A stretch of 61,914 nucleotides of DNA, the filler included, from Circinaria calcarea (Eukaryota): NCBI GenBank assembly GCA_051942165.1. It is 20 parts of 20 records of this genome, joined end to end, with 100 filler letters (N's around TTAATTAATTAA, not from the genome) between each part and the next. Parts side by side here need not be neighbours in the genome. Positions count along the whole stretch, not along the records: positions 37,261 to 40,256 come from JAVECS010003111.1; positions 40,357 to 43,352 come from JAVECS010003112.1; positions 43,453 to 46,448 come from JAVECS010003113.1; positions 46,549 to 49,543 come from JAVECS010003114.1; positions 49,644 to 52,638 come from JAVECS010003115.1; 15 more parts are not named here. One strand, written 5' to 3'. Under the pieces are notes generated by a model. That model made no database searches and was not told the origin of the DNA. It worked only from the letters and a program-made list of their open reading frames with translations. Below are positions 37,347 through 51,284 of the stretch, piece by piece; positions within the stretch are counted from its first letter, which is position 1; every line of letters begins with the position of its first letter. A program made the position numbers and the translations under genes.

Positions 37347-38732
37347 TCAAGACGAAGCGCTGCCCACAATAGCGTTCCAATTCACGCCTTTCGTGTCTAA
37401 CAACTGGTTTGTAATGGCCGCACCGACATGCTTTAGCATAGTCTGGCCATTACTCGTGACAGTGTATGTGACAGCTCCAGTCTGTCCGTTAAAAGGAACA
37501 GAGAAGTGATTGATCCCCCGATTGGTGGCTGAGAGTTGTGTAGGGGCATTGTTACCGATTTGCACACTAACGGACGCTGGAGAGTCGACCAGTACATTCA
37601 ACGAAATGAGGTCCTGAGATACTTTTTCCGGGGGAAACGCCTGTTGGCCGAATGCTGGATTGTTGCCTATTGTACCACCAGATTTATCGGGAAAAGATGG
37701 ATTGGGTCGGTGAGCGTACACCACTTTTACCTTGGGGATCTCGGGCATCGTAGTGTTGCCGTTCTTGTAAGTATCAATGTAATATGGCAGTAACTCGCGC
37801 CAGGCATCATGAGGCATATCTTTGACATAGGCTTCTGCGCCCTGGGGAATCCCAGAAGGGTCACGAAGAGGGCCAACATAGTGACTTTCACCGTAATCGT
37901 TCCAAGTGATGATCTTGATTTGCGTCAGCCACAGTCACACAGTATTTGCAAGACGAATTATATACCTCTACAAGTTCAGGTTGGAATTCAATAACTTGTT
38001 GCCATCGCTCATGCCAGAGATTGTCCCCACTCCATAGCCAATTCTTGTCGTAGCAGTTTGCATAAAACCAAGGAGATACTGGCATCATATATGGCTTGTT
38101 TCCCAACATGCTCCTTGTGAGTTGGTCGTTGGTTGTGTCTTTGCTGGATGGATAAATTGGCCACGCATCCCATGCGAAAGCACCTGATACTGGTATATTA
38201 TGCTCAAGCTTTTCGCCCAAGTTCGACCAGCTCGGTATCAGGGAAAATTGGTTTGCGATAGCCGTCCAGTCTGTCACCTCGGAATGGCCTCCTTCAAACG
38301 TGGAGACTACAGCTTTCTCGTTGCCTTCAAGCTTGAACTGGGCTGGTCTGTTGGAGTATGCAGAGGCTTTGCTCTGAATCTCTTGAGTAGTCCAGGGATG
38401 GTTGCCGAAGTCGAATGAGATGAAGAGGCTGAATCCGCCAGCCTTTTCGGCTGCGTCATATGCGTATCCGAGTTGCTTGTCGGTATATGTGTCGGCTCCA
38501 ATGTTTAGAGCGAAACCGTCGATGTGAGCATCCTTTGCAAGCTGGATGTCTTCGGCCCAGGTATCGGGGGTATACGAGTATACATTGCCAACCTATAGAC
38601 ACGTCAGTATGGGTCTCAGATACAGGAGGTCCAACTTACCATGAAGTGCGCAAAGACCGACTTGGCCTGAGCTTGCACGGCAGAGGCGGAGAAAGCTAGG
38701 GCAGTTGCCAGTAATGAGCGAAGAAAAAGCAT
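37347..38732 (-). CDS. Secreted alpha-1,3-glucanase (GH71, mutanase), complete, 2 introns
   Basis: Signal peptide MLFLRSLLATALAFSASAVQAQA, then KSVFAHFM/VGN, HIDGFALNIG, LFISFD, VVSTFEG, KPYMMPVSPWFY, IITWNDYGESHYVGP, MPHDAWR. Confidence 0.95.
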
Positions 38733-41120
38733 CCTGATGCTTGAATGGGGTATCGAGTGAAAGTGGAAGGGGTAGAGACGGTGGGAGAAGCTCGAGTCAA
38801 TCGAGTCTCTTTTCTATTGTTGCTGTTTGGAGGAACCCAAGCCGGTTGTGTGTGTGTTGTAAGGAACGGACGTACAAGGCGCAATGAGATGCGTCTTGTG
38901 CAGGTAAGAAAAATGACTGAGCGCTGACAGCGCAGTGAATCGAAAGGAACGTGATGAAGGAGTGAAGGGTGTAGGACGAGGGAGACGGAGAGATGATATG
39001 CCTGCGCTTGTGGAGTAGACGAGTAGGACAAGGGGGGGGGGTAGGCATATTCTCAGACAAAGGGAACCGAGATGAGGGTATCAGTACCTGGGGACTGCCG
39101 CCGGCGCAAACGGAAGGGATTACGAGTCTTCCCCATGCCTGTCAGGAGCAATCTGCTGGGTGGATAAGCAAACCCTTGATCTCGCGATTGTACAGAGGCC
39201 ACTCGTGACCACCCTTTTTGCTCCGGAGTTGCAAGTCCATTTCACGGAGGCCGTCGGTAGTGGTCGACGAAGATGAAAGGTGGAAGGATGAAGTGGGCTG
39301 AAACAGAAAGGGCGATTAGATAACCCGTTAGCTCGTCCCCGTTGGCGGCAATCGCACACATGTTACATGGAACAAGGGGGGGAGTAAAGCCCGGCGCTAA
39401 GGTTAAAACGTTCCGTGTGGATGGTCTCCCCTTTCATACGAGAGAACTTAGGAGGCTTGGACACGCTCGAGATTGCACCAACGCGGCGGCACGACAAGAA
39501 TGTGATTTCAGGTACCGTAGGATCTGAGAAGCTATCGTGAGAATCATGTCATCTACGAGAGTCCGGGTGAAGGACCGTCCTGCAAGAGCTCGGACCTCGA
39601 CATAATAGCGATGCCTGTACACCGTTAGGCCAGGTATATGCAGTCGAGCTTGGACTCGCGCAACGGTCGATATGAATAGAGGACTTTGAGTCTAGATTGC
39701 TGTACCGAGTACGCCAACATGCTATGGTACAGGGAAGAACGGCCCCCGCCGACGACCGTTACATTCGCAGCCACATCCTACTCAGGGCCAACATCGAGTT
39801 TGCCGTCTGTGCCTTGCAGTGGTCTAGATGTACGCTCGTTTGATCAAATGCTATAGGGGTCATTTCTTACTGTAGTGGAAGGGTGAATGGTGTCCTAAAA
39901 GTCCCCGGTGGCCTGTTTCGGGGGAATTGTGATGTGTAGATAGTTCAAAAAGTCACAGGGCTTATCCACATGACGTGTCACAATACCAACCCGGTAACTA
40001 CGTACATCCACACTGGAGATGTACATACTGCAAAGCATCGGACCGACATCAATACTAGAACAGTGGAATACAGGCACTACCCTGCGCTCCTTGCGTAGAA
40101 GCTGCTTGCTTCAGTAAGTAGCTTTTCCTGTTACCGACCGGGAAAGGAATATCGACTTTACTCTATACCCGATTCGCTATAGACAAAGCGTCGCCGATGG
40201 CTCTCCGAGACTCTTGCAATGGCGCATGTTCTACAAACAGTCGATCTAGTAGCACANNNNNNNNNNNNNNNNNNNNNNNNNNNNNNNNNNNNNNNNNNNN
40301 TTAATTAATTAANNNNNNNNNNNNNNNNNNNNNNNNNNNNNNNNNNNNNNNNNNNNGCGTTGCTATTCGTCCCTTAAAGATAGTCAGCTGTCATGACCTT
40401 GCTAAGTCTCCTTCCTTTTGGAATTGATCTTACAGCCGTCGTTATATGGAAAGGCACTTGATTTCCTGATGCTGCAGCGCTGACAGCCTTCCCAAACTCA
40501 ATCTCCCGTTTTTGGGCCAGTTGGCAGGATCCGTCAGCCATAGTGCAGGCCAAGCCGCGCAACAATATGACGTATGGAGGAGATCAATATAAGCAGACAG
40601 TCGTTGTTTAGGTCTTTGGACTCTATACGCACAGATTTGCTGCCAGAACTTGCAATAGCCTCCGATGTGTCAATCCGGAGAACAGCAGACATAAAGAAAC
40701 CAAGAGAACGTCCCGTTTAGGAAATAGGAGAATACCCCACCTTTGTGAGTCCTGTTTAAACAGATGAATCATCACACAATGTCTTGATGATAGCCTCTGG
40801 TGAGGCAACGCAGTGTAGCACATCTAGAAAGCGAACGGAGGGAAGAAATAGTATCAAGAAACTGTAAGTTTTTGTAGTAAGGGCTGCAACCGACTTCATA
40901 AAAGTATGTTAGCAAGTTTCGAAGATCGCCATGGACTTATATCCCACAGGCCTCGGGATCAGTAGGTTGATGGAGCGACAATCGAATGTGAGCAGGTTGA
41001 TGTGGTGGGCCAAGAAGCAATCCGACTTCCTGCACGGGATACATGAATCGATATCACCACGCAGCTATTTCCATGGTCGGCTTTGTATGCTATTCCATAT
41101 GTACTTATGTCTAGGGCTGC

Positions 41121-42217
41121 CTATGGCTTAGCTTCTCGTATCAACTTTGTATGCGCCTCCATTGCCTTTTTCGCAAAAGCTGTCATATCATCCCCATATT
41201 TGTCCCCCGCTCGACTGTCAAACACTTCGGTCGAAAACCAACCAGTATAGCCCGTCTTCAAAACAGCCTTTATAACCTCTGCAACGGGCAAGTAGCCTCC
41301 GTTGTAGGGGAGTGGCCTGTAGTCATGGCTCCACCGACCCCTTGGCCTCAGTCCTTGCTCATTAGCAGAGGCGGAGAGCGGCGGGTCCATTTTGTAGGCA
41401 TCGGAGATTTGGAAGAAGTAAATTTTGTCTTTGGGAATGGTCGAACTGAGTTCTTGCAGGCTTTGGCGGAATGCCTTCTCCAACTCCGATCGGTCGATGC
41501 TTTCAATGATTCCAGATTGTGTCGTGGGATCCGCCCATTCACTACCCGCTGTTTGAAATGTATCTAGACAGAGCCCAATGTTGCTCCTGTTCGCATTTTT
41601 AGCAATCTCCCAGACACTCTTCCAAGTTGTTGCATGCGTAGCCCAGCACCAGTTCTCGTACGCAAGGCGGAAGTTGTGAGGAGCCAGTAGGTCGGCCAGT
41701 TGAGCCAAGTCGGAGGCCAGGTCATCTTGGGAGGATGAGATATTGGGCGAATCAGAGGAGCCGACCTAAAGCAGAGCACGTGATTATCAGCCCTAACCAT
41801 ATCCCCCGTTGCCAGTCCTTTGGAAGTATCTCTGCGTACCTGAAGCATATCCGTCCCAACCGCCTGCATAATCTCAATCCAGCCTTTCGCACGATCGAAG
41901 GCGTCTTTCCTCTCTTCCGAACCTTCCGGCCAGCCTTCGAAGTTCGAAAACGGTTGCAACACCAAGATCTTCAATCCGTTTGTAGCACACATCCTCTTGA
42001 CCTCTTGGCCAGCGATGCAAAGGTCTGCGTAGTCCTTTTCGGATACATTTTTCTTGAGATGGCTTTGTGCAAACGAAAGTAGATCCGGAAAGGACAGCTC
42101 AATAGCATCAAAGCCAGCTACGGAGATTGCTCTGAGCTTGGCTTCCACGGTGTGTTCGGATTTCCACCCAATCGAACAACTTGCAAAGCAAGTGGGAATC
42201 TTGAGCTCGGAAACCAT
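41121..42217 (-). CDS. Xylose-isomerase-like TIM-barrel protein (AP endonuclease 2 / 3-dehydroshikimate dehydratase-like), 1 intron
   Basis: AGFDAIELSFPD, LQPFSNFEGW, GTDMLQ/VGSSDS, RLAYENWCWATH, IGLCLDTFQ, FFQISDA, WFSTEVFD. Confidence 0.88.
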
Positions 42218-42630
42218 TGTAGGCTGCTGGCTTTATCACAATTGGGCTCTGGTCAGATAGAATCAAGACGGTGAGAAGCAATAAATTGTAGGCGGCAACC
42301 TTGTTGAAGTAAAGTCTTCTTGGATGGCAAGTGAGGTAACAACTGGGTCCTCTGTCGATACAGATCTCTGACTCTGCTTATGGCTTCTCAATGTCTTCTC
42401 GGTTCAAACTTAGGGAGGAGGCTTCCCTGACGAGAGAGTTTCTGAAGAGCCTCCACACGTCACTCTGTAGGTATGACGAAAGGCCGTTTTATTCTGCCTA
42501 CTTACATACTTTTAAGCTAACTGTCATAATTCAACTATTTTCTCCTTATTCTCGCTGTCAACTTGATTGATATCCTAATTAGTCTAATTGGTACTCTGCT
42601 TCTGCTATCCACCTATCTTCTTTTTCCACA

Positions 42631-43352
42631 ATGGATATCAAAAAGGTAGGCCGGGTTGCCCAAGCTTGCGCAGACCGCACTCTGAACAACGTTCACTGTT
42701 GCAGATTGGAATGGTTGGCGCTGGGAGTATGGGCGGTATGATGTCTTTACTCTTTGCAGAGTACGGTGTCGAAATCAATTTCTTCGATCCATCGGAGCAG
42801 AATGCCAAATCTCTATTAAAGCGGGCCGAGGAAGCAAAATTGAGTGAAAAGATCAAGCGGCAGAAAGATTATGAATCCCTATGCAACAGTCTAGGATTTC
42901 CAAAAGTCTTTGTGTTTTCTCTACCCCACGGGATCGTGGGCGACAAGACCGTCGAGAGCTTGAAGCCATATCTAAAAGCCGGAGATGTTATTGTGGATGG
43001 AGCAAATGAGTTTTATCGAAGCACTGAACGTCGGCAGGAAGTCTGTAGACCTCTTAAAGTACACTACATTGGGACGGGAGTATCGGGAGGCTACCAATCA
43101 GCTCGCCATGGTCCTTCGCTTTCACCTAGCGGAGACGATGAAGGCCTGGATTTGGTGATGCCGTTTCTCCAAAAGATCGCAGCTAAAGACAGCCAGGGAC
43201 GGCCTTGCGTGGCGAAGGTGGGACCTGGTGGAAGTGGCCATTATGTGAAGATGATTCACAATGGAATTGAGCAAGGCATGATGTCCGCGTTGTGCGAGAC
43301 TTGGGGGATTCTGAGCAAGTGTTTGGGAATGGATTACGAAGAAATCAGCTCC
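42631..43352 (+). CDS. 6-phosphogluconate dehydrogenase (decarboxylating) family, 5' part
   Basis: MDIKK, intron, IGMVGAGSMG; DGANE; GVSGGYQSARHGPS; GSGHYVKMIHNGIEQGMM. Confidence 0.92.
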
Positions 43353-45234
43353 NNNNNNNNNNNNNNNNNNNNNNNNNNNNNNNNNNNNNNNNNNNNTTAA
43401 TTAATTAANNNNNNNNNNNNNNNNNNNNNNNNNNNNNNNNNNNNNNNNNNNNGGACGCCAAATGAGTAACTAGGAAAAGGAGAAGTGAAGAGAGAGAATG
43501 AAGTATTAAGTGCCTAATATGTATAGTAGCGAGTGATTTTCTTGTATATTCTATGCAGCGACTGCGAATTTGACAGGTGAACGTAGAATAATCCAGACTC
43601 ACTCACCTAGAGTCACAACCAACTCCAATTTACTGCAGCTCTAGTACCACAGGACAGGTAAAGATCCAACCACTAGAACGAATCGAAGGAGAACACAAGA
43701 TGTTCTCGACAGAGTGAGAGCTTGCAGCGAACGAAGCTCAGTGTGACCACGAGGTTGGTTTAAGAAAACAGAGCGAGGCTAAGAGATCAGAGATTAAAGA
43801 TTGTGGCGTAAAGTATGATGTCGTTAGGTCAAGAACAGTCCGGAACATCAGGTGAGCAGAAGGCAGGTGAGAGAGCACTTAAGTACCGGTACAACGCAAG
43901 AACACAAGGCTATCTTCCGTGTACAACAGGACACTCCACCGATAGTAGGTATTGAGACTGTTTTGGAATGCAAGTGAATCTGATACTCCTCAATGGACAT
44001 CGAATCCAGAGGTGGAAATGAGCCTGGCTATAAAGGCATATCCTTCCCACCTACCACCTACTGTCTTCACTTCCATTGCTTCCATTGGATCCTCTACTTT
44101 CCAAAGAATGTGCATTGGTGGAGTGGTCTGGATCATCTTGCCTGTGCTACCTATTCACTTCTACCAATGATAATGCATTTGATACTGTCTACCCAGGGAA
44201 TCAAGCTGTCCTCATAGCCGAGACCCAAGCGGACCCAAGCGTTTTGTAGCGGCGGACGCTAAACGGTAATTCGATACACCTTATTTCAACACCTACGAGC
44301 TACAAAAACAAGTAGAATTGTCCAAGTGCTGTACATTCTTACAGACTGATCGACAGCTCTTGTCGTCAAGGGTATGCAGCACCTACGGATGCACGGCATT
44401 CACCGCTCTTTGCTCATTTCACAGGTCCTCACAACCTCCTCCGGCTCGAATGTAAAGCATCTCTCACACTGGAGATTTCCAGGCTGTAACCTGTCGTATT
44501 CTGCACGAAAGGTAGCCTGCATCCTGCGTCACGGCGGGTTCCCCCCTGGCCATAAATAGGCTTCAGTGTTGACGCTACGATCGAGATCACTTGGAGCGAG
44601 TACAGGAGGGAGACTGACAGTTCTTTGCAGCACGTACACATGTGGCTTTCAACACCTCTGCTGAACCGCCAGATTCGAGCTAGGCTTTCACACCTGCGAG
44701 ATCTAGATCTAGCACTCGTTGGCTTCCGATCAATACTCTATCTCCTGATATACATATCAGTACCTAATAATGCCTAGAGTCAGAAGAGCCGGATAGTCCC
44801 GCTGAATTTTCACAATTCAAAGACATATCAACGATGTACTGCTGCGTAAAGCTTTCTCGAGTGCATTTGGTCCTCAATTCCTTTTACCGCGTGAGCAGGG
44901 CATCGACGTCAATTCTTCTGCAGCGCGTATCCTTGCGGTTTGGCATCGTATTGGCTGAGGCTCGAATCCTTGCAAACCAGTGCGGTGGCACAACATTCTC
45001 TCCGGCGCGAGTGTTTACAGTCAACCACAGATAGAGGCGGTTGCAGACAAGTAAATCCAAGCTGTGGAGAAATCGTGGTGGTCATTTGCATTACAATGCA
45101 TTTGGTTTCATTCAGCTAGATCTAGTGCTCCTGCAGATATACCCCAGTAGAGTGGAGCTTACACCAAAATGCCTTCTCTGGATTTTAGGCCACCAATGTA
45201 AATTCCCCATGTAAAAAAATCCAAAGCATGCTGC

Positions 45235-46448
45235 TTACGTGCCTGGAATGAAACTTCCATTCCCTGCGTTACTCATGCCAGGGCTTTGACCCATCCGACC
45301 TGACATATTTCGACCCGCCTCTTTTCGCAAATTAGCTGAGCCAGGGCTTGCTGAAGGGCCCCTGATGGGCGTTACGCCTGCTCTTGCAAGCTTTTGCGCA
45401 ACAAGCCTTGATGCGCGTCCTGGTATCCATACTCTGCCACCAAGGATTAGCACTGAGGAAAGGAGTGCCAAGCTCCCTGCCTGATGTGCCGATGCCAACG
45501 GTAGCGGGACCAGATAGATCAATGTGCTGACACCTAGGGCAACCTGGAGGAAGACAAAGCCCACTACTACATGGACCCCTTTCCTTCCCGCAATGGGAAG
45601 AACCCTCTTCACAGTTGGAGAAAGCTTGGTATAAGCCCATAAACCCATGATGGATGTAAATGTAGTCGTCGCAAGAACTCTATGATCCAGTTGGACAAGC
45701 GACGGGTTTTCCAGCATGTTCCGCCACCAGATATCGGACTTGTCGGCCCTGTGCGAGTAAAAATCCGAGAAAAGCTCAGACTTGGGTGGCATTAGCCCCT
45801 GACCCATATAAGGAAATTCATTGTATATTAGTCCCGCGTCAAGTCCAGCAACGAGACCTCCGGACATTGCTGTACAGAAGGTTAGGACAGCTAGCCCGGC
45901 CACGGAGCGACGAAAACCCTTCAGTTCTGGGCGTCGTAATATGGACAGCGTCTCCTGTGCAGCTCTTGGGTCAGCCAGAAGCTTATGTGTGCGTAATATC
46001 GATAGACCGTTCCAAAGCATAGCTGTGTAACAGAGAAAAGCTGTGCCTAAGTGTATTGTAAGTCGGTATTGGCTGACACGCGGATGACTCCCAGGTGCAA
46101 AAAGATCGTCTTTCAATCCTGACTTTACCATCCACCACCCTAGCACGCCTTGGAACCCTATCAAACATGCTATACCAGCTATCTTGGCGGCCATAGGCGC
46201 CGATACCTTCCGCCTGGCAATGAAGTAAATGGAGGGTAGGAGGAACGATATGCCAACAACTCGACCCCATAGTCGGTGAGTCCATTCCATATAGTATATT
46301 GACTTGAACTCAGAAAGAGTCATATGTGGATTTAAGAGCTTGAACTCTGGTGACGATCGGTATTTCGAAAACTCGGAATCCCAGTCTGCTTCGTTCGCTG
46401 GGGGCATAGAGCCAGTTACTGGCCTCCATTCCGTGATACTCAAGCTGC
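45235..46448 (-). CDS. COX15: Heme A synthase Cox15, 3' part
   Basis: SITEWRPVTG, YYMEWTHRLWGR, GWWMVKSGL, RVSQYRLTIHLG, VAGLDAGLIYNEFP, VQLDHR, ASAHQAG. Confidence 0.96.
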
Positions 46449-46548
46449 NNNNNNNNNNNNNNNNNNNNNNNNNNNNNNNNNNNNNNNNNNNNTTAATTAA
46501 TTAANNNNNNNNNNNNNNNNNNNNNNNNNNNNNNNNNNNNNNNNNNNN

Positions 46549-46883
46549 GCTTCAGCTATGCAAGAAATGAGTTCATGCTCTGACTTTCCGATGTAGAGAG
46601 TCGAAAGATATATCCTTTTCTTTGCCCCTTTTATTCTTTCTTTCAAAGCCACATAGAAGTCGCTAGGACCTTCAAGGATTTTTATTTGGTCGGCGTTGAT
46701 GTCGATTCGAGGCGCAAGACGATCTAGCTCTGTAGTGACTCCGCCCAGTATAGATGTATTGCTGGCCTGCTGTTCATGTCCTGAGCTGTTTGAAGACATC
46801 CGTCTGGGTCGTAAAGCCCATTTTGAAGGTCGCTTGGAGAATGGGCGTCTGGTAGAGCATGCTGCAATGCGCCGAACGAGCAT
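46549..46883 (-). CDS. PGS1: Phosphatidylglycerophosphate synthase Pgs1, 5' part with mitochondrial presequence
   Basis: Arg/Ser-rich N-terminus, then ELDRLAPRI...PSDFYVALKERIKGAKKRIYLSTLYIGKSEHEL. Confidence 0.9.
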
Positions 46884-47162
46884 GGCCGTCAATGGCAGTG
46901 GAATGGGGAGCTAGGCTGTTGTCAAGCCCTCGGTAGCTTCATGGTCATAATCCTAACTGGACAGCGAGCATGGCGACGCCCAATGACAGGGCGAAACTCT
47001 CCTTTTGAGTTTCCGGATTGGGGCATTTCTTAAACTTTCTCAAATACGGATCAGGATTCCCCGTTGTTGATGACGCTAGTGCGCCGACAACGTCCAGACT
47101 GAAGCATCACCATTGCTACTTAACAAATGTAGTCTTCTATTCGACCTTCACCTCCTTCAAAA

Positions 47163-47869
47163 ATGTCTACAATAATGCGAACGCTGCGGAACCTCCGCAA
47201 GATTGGTATAAGAGAGTATCTCCACCAAATGCAATACATTGGCGATACCAAAGCGGGCACATATATAGCCACCGACCGCTACGGCAACAAGTATTACGAA
47301 AACCAAGCGGAAGAATTACCCCGTACGCTTCTATCTAGTGAGGAATTGGGGATCAACAGCTGATAGTTCCATTCAGTACGAACTCGATGGGTCGACTACA
47401 AACAAACCGAGTACAGCCCGTACGTTCCCCTTCCTCGCTCAGACCCCCCCAAGCCTCAGTCAACACTTCTTAAATATCTGTTCCCCACAGATGCCAAATA
47501 GAACCAGGCTGGCACGCTTGGATGTCCTACCTTGTCGACAAGCCTCCGACCGAAGACGCCTTATTGCGTACAGGGCAGAGGCCGTGGGAGCTGCCGGAAC
47601 ATAGACCGAATCTGACTGCTAGTCGAGCAGCGTTTAAAACGTATTCTACGTAAGCATCTCCGTCTTTTCGCTTTGTCAGAAAACTGGGGTGGGAACGGAA
47701 GGAGTAAGGGCAAGATTGGATGAAGAGGGACGATCATCCATTCCAAGGGATAATCGGAATTCCCACCAGCAAACATCTTTAGAGCAAAGCAATATATAAG
47801 CTAACCCTCTTAAAATACAGCACGAAGCCCAAGATCGATCCCTGGGTACCTGAAGCGAAAGCCCGGTAA
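47163..47869 (+). CDS. NDUFA12: Complex I subunit NDUFA12/B17.2, complete, 3 introns
   Basis: QMQYIGDTKAGTYIATDRYGNKYYEN, LRTRWVDY, QIEPGWHAWMSY, PNLTASRAAFKTYST, TKPKIDPWVP. Confidence 0.93.
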
Positions 47870-49643
47870 GAACGACGAAGTAATAGGGACTGGAATTGAA
47901 TGCATCGATAAATTTGCCGGCCTTGTACATACTTGTACAATCTAGGAAGAAGGCGCTGAATGCAGGAGTTGTACTCTTTATCCCTTTTTCGATGGTGTCC
48001 ATAGCCTTGATCGAGCTAGTAAACGAGAAATGCACGAAAGAACATACAAACCACTTTGGGAATATCAACCTCCACAGTCTCAATCCGCCTACACTTCCGT
48101 ACTTACTGCCCAAGTTGTTGCCTAATCGAGGTTTTTCCATACCATCGTTGAACCTCGAGGCAAAACCCTAACCCTAAAAATCTAGTGGGCAAACCCTCTC
48201 TTGTTTACGTCCTTAGTAAGCCGCATATCAGAACTACCTAAATCGAGATTCTTTATACCCATCCTCTGCTATTATAGCATATAATATCCCATACACCTCT
48301 TACCGAGCAACTACCTTCCATCCTTTCCTATCGAATATCACTCCCAGGCTCCATTACGCCCTTTGTGTCACAACTCCCCTTATCCAAACGTCAGGAGCAC
48401 TAGATGATGTGGAGATCTGGAATCCTACAAGATGAAAGAGCCAGCCGCGCGAGTGAGATGGGAATATATCAGGCAAAAACCAACCCAAAGGGCTTTCTGC
48501 CCCGGGAAACGTACAATATGTCTCTCAAATTAACACACTGATATCGATTTCCAGGCACCCCTTCAGTTCACCCAAATCTGTAATAGATTTAACAGGTACT
48601 GCTTTCTATCCCTCGCCACTGAAACATCATCATGCCGAAAAACCAACTACAGAAAGAAAAAAACCCTCCACTGACCAAACAGTTCCATACAACCCCCGCA
48701 ACTAGCCATGTTTCAACTCCTCTGGGCCCCCTTTCATCGCCGAACTTTCGACGAGACCCCACCTCCTGAACCCGGCGCTGGCCCCCCAGCACGCGCGCTT
48801 TCACAATGGGACAAAACCCATGTACATGGGCAACTGTCTCTCCCTGGCAACGTTTGTATCACGTCTACGCCCCCCCTTCCGTCTCCGAAGTAGGGTCCAA
48901 AGGAAGCCTCCCCTGCGCGGGCAGATTCCATGCTCACAGCCGCCGTCTTCGGCAGCTTGTACCGACTGACGGGACCGGGTGCCACTCTTTGTATGCCGGC
49001 AGCAAGGGCATGAAACCGGAGCTTAGAGGAAGGGGGTTCCCGCAGTTTTCGGGCATTTATTTGGGGCGGGGGCGGAGACTTAGTCCCGTTGAGCAATTGT
49101 GAAGGATAGAGGGCTGTTTGCTGTGTCGTTCTAGGGCGGGCAAGAATGCTGTCGAATATGGCGGATGAGTCACTCACTGCTGTTGGAGAAGTCGGAGGTA
49201 ATATGGCGTGAATTGACAGTTAAAATTACGGTGCGTAAATAAGGTAGTGATCCCGTTGCTCTATTGACCTACTGCAACGGGACAGCCCGACCGCACCATA
49301 CCCTAGTGCAACACGCACTAACCAAACGACTCACCGCGTCTTTCTCGCCTTTTGGTCCTCAAAACCTTGATCGCATAAACCCACTCATTTATTATCATGC
49401 CCATCAGAAGAAGAGATAACATCAATGCCAGGCATCCAATCCACGCAATACCAATCACACTGAACCACCGGCAAAGGCTCCAAAAGGACCTCCACTTTGC
49501 CGTCGTTAGCTGCTCGACCGACAGTTCCACTTGCATCATATTANNNNNNNNNNNNNNNNNNNNNNNNNNNNNNNNNNNNNNNNNNNNTTAATTAATTAAN
49601 NNNNNNNNNNNNNNNNNNNNNNNNNNNNNNNNNNNNNNNNNNN

Positions 49644-50253
49644 CCCTGGCTTGGACCGTCTACCTGTTCACGTAGACAACGGATGAGTTTATCAACATAT
49701 GCACGAACCACTGGCTCCTGTTCTCTAAAGGCCTTGGCCGAGAACGCGTGGTCCAAGACCCTGCGCATACGCGAATGCTGGGCGGGGTTTGCTGTTAATA
49801 AAGAGTCAACGCCGTTCGGAGGCTTTCCATAGATTGCACGGTCTTTGTCGAAGCCGCGATGACCAGGACGGTAGCCATGGATACCGTTCCACGCGGAGGC
49901 ATTGATGAAGGAGAGCTCTGTCGGGGAGACCCGTACCACATCGGATTTGTACTGATCATGCAGCCCTTTGACCCAATATGGATGTGTCCCCCGTACGAGA
50001 GCGCTTGCGTAGGGTATATTGCTTACAGCTGCAAACTTGGGGCCCGGGAACTTGGCGAGAGGATGAAAGATTCCGTTGTAGATTGCGAATGCAAGTTGGT
50101 GAACAGCGCACTAGATCAGGCTTACCGTTAGAGTACGACAACCAGCACAATAGAACCCAGGTAACCTACCAGGACCAGTACAGCACCTAATATGGTCCCG
50201 CTGTGCTGGAGAGCAAAAGCCGGCCAGCTTTGGGAATTTGCTATGAATGACAT
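49644..50253 (-). CDS. Cytochrome P450, 5' part
   Basis: Hydrophobic anchor, intron, AIYNGIFHPLAKFPGPK, LHDQYKSDVVRVSPTELSF, HSRMRRVLDHAFSAKAFREQEP. Confidence 0.93.
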
Positions 50254-51284
50254 GGTCGGGAATCTGTCAGCTCAAGTGTTCACGGCCCACTCGTGACTGG
50301 CTTCGAGATGGCGGTACATAACCGGCAGCGAGTATGAACCGCAAAGAAGATATGGATATCACTGTCGAAGTCGAGATGAAATCGTGCCTTCAGGACTGCT
50401 TGTGGATCGCGGGGGATTACTCAGCTCACATGATTTGCTTGGCTTTGCCGTCGCGCGCTCACGATATGTTTGACTTATCAGTATGCCGTGCGATTTCACT
50501 CCGTGCCTCCTATACCTTCAATCAAAGCCTTATTATCCATAGAATTCCCTGACACAGGCCCCGTAGCTACGTCACAGGTTATAATAACCAAACTCTCTCC
50601 GTGGGGCTTTCAACCTTGTTCGTTGTGCAACAGTCACCCGCTTCTGCTTTCTACTTTCTTTGATGATTGATAGGCACCTTCTCCGAGATGCGGCACGTAC
50701 CAGAAAAGGTCATCTGTAACCAATCCCCGCACACCTCCCCCTTTTCTGAAACGGAATGCTGTCCAGAACACAGGACAACATATCTCCCGAGGCCGTCCCT
50801 GCCATGCAAGATCTCGGAGAAAGGAGAACTGCAAAGCTCATCTTCCCAAACATCGGCTCAAGGGGCTGAGCACTCTGCCTTGGTATCTCTGTTATCACCC
50901 TAGTGCTTTCATACCGCAGCTGGCCCTGCTGAGCACATCATTCTCATTTTTATTCGGACGGCACCCATTTCACCAGGTGGATAGTCGGATCTCACTCGGT
51001 GTAGCCTGTGCCTCCCAATCTACGCGGCTGTGCTAAAGGCCTCTCTGCTATAAGGTTGTTGATCTTTATCAATGGTAAAAGTCGGCTGCTCAAACCTGGT
51101 CAACAAATCCCTGCGTGCGGCCCTCCTTTCGGTACCGTTATCAACCTGGTGCTCCCGCACTTTCTACTAGTCGTGCCGCAGAGCCCACAACTGCCTAATC
51201 TCTGTAGAGCTTCCACACATTCTTGTGAGTCTTGATCAGCTTCATCGGTTGCCACTCCTGTTCTAGTTTTCTATGAGTTAACAA

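Noticed and set aside
48734..49543. Minus-strand ORFs at the end of the NDUFA12 contig
   Set aside because: 49318-49539 may be the 3' end of a membrane protein, but no family was recognised and no gene model could be supported.
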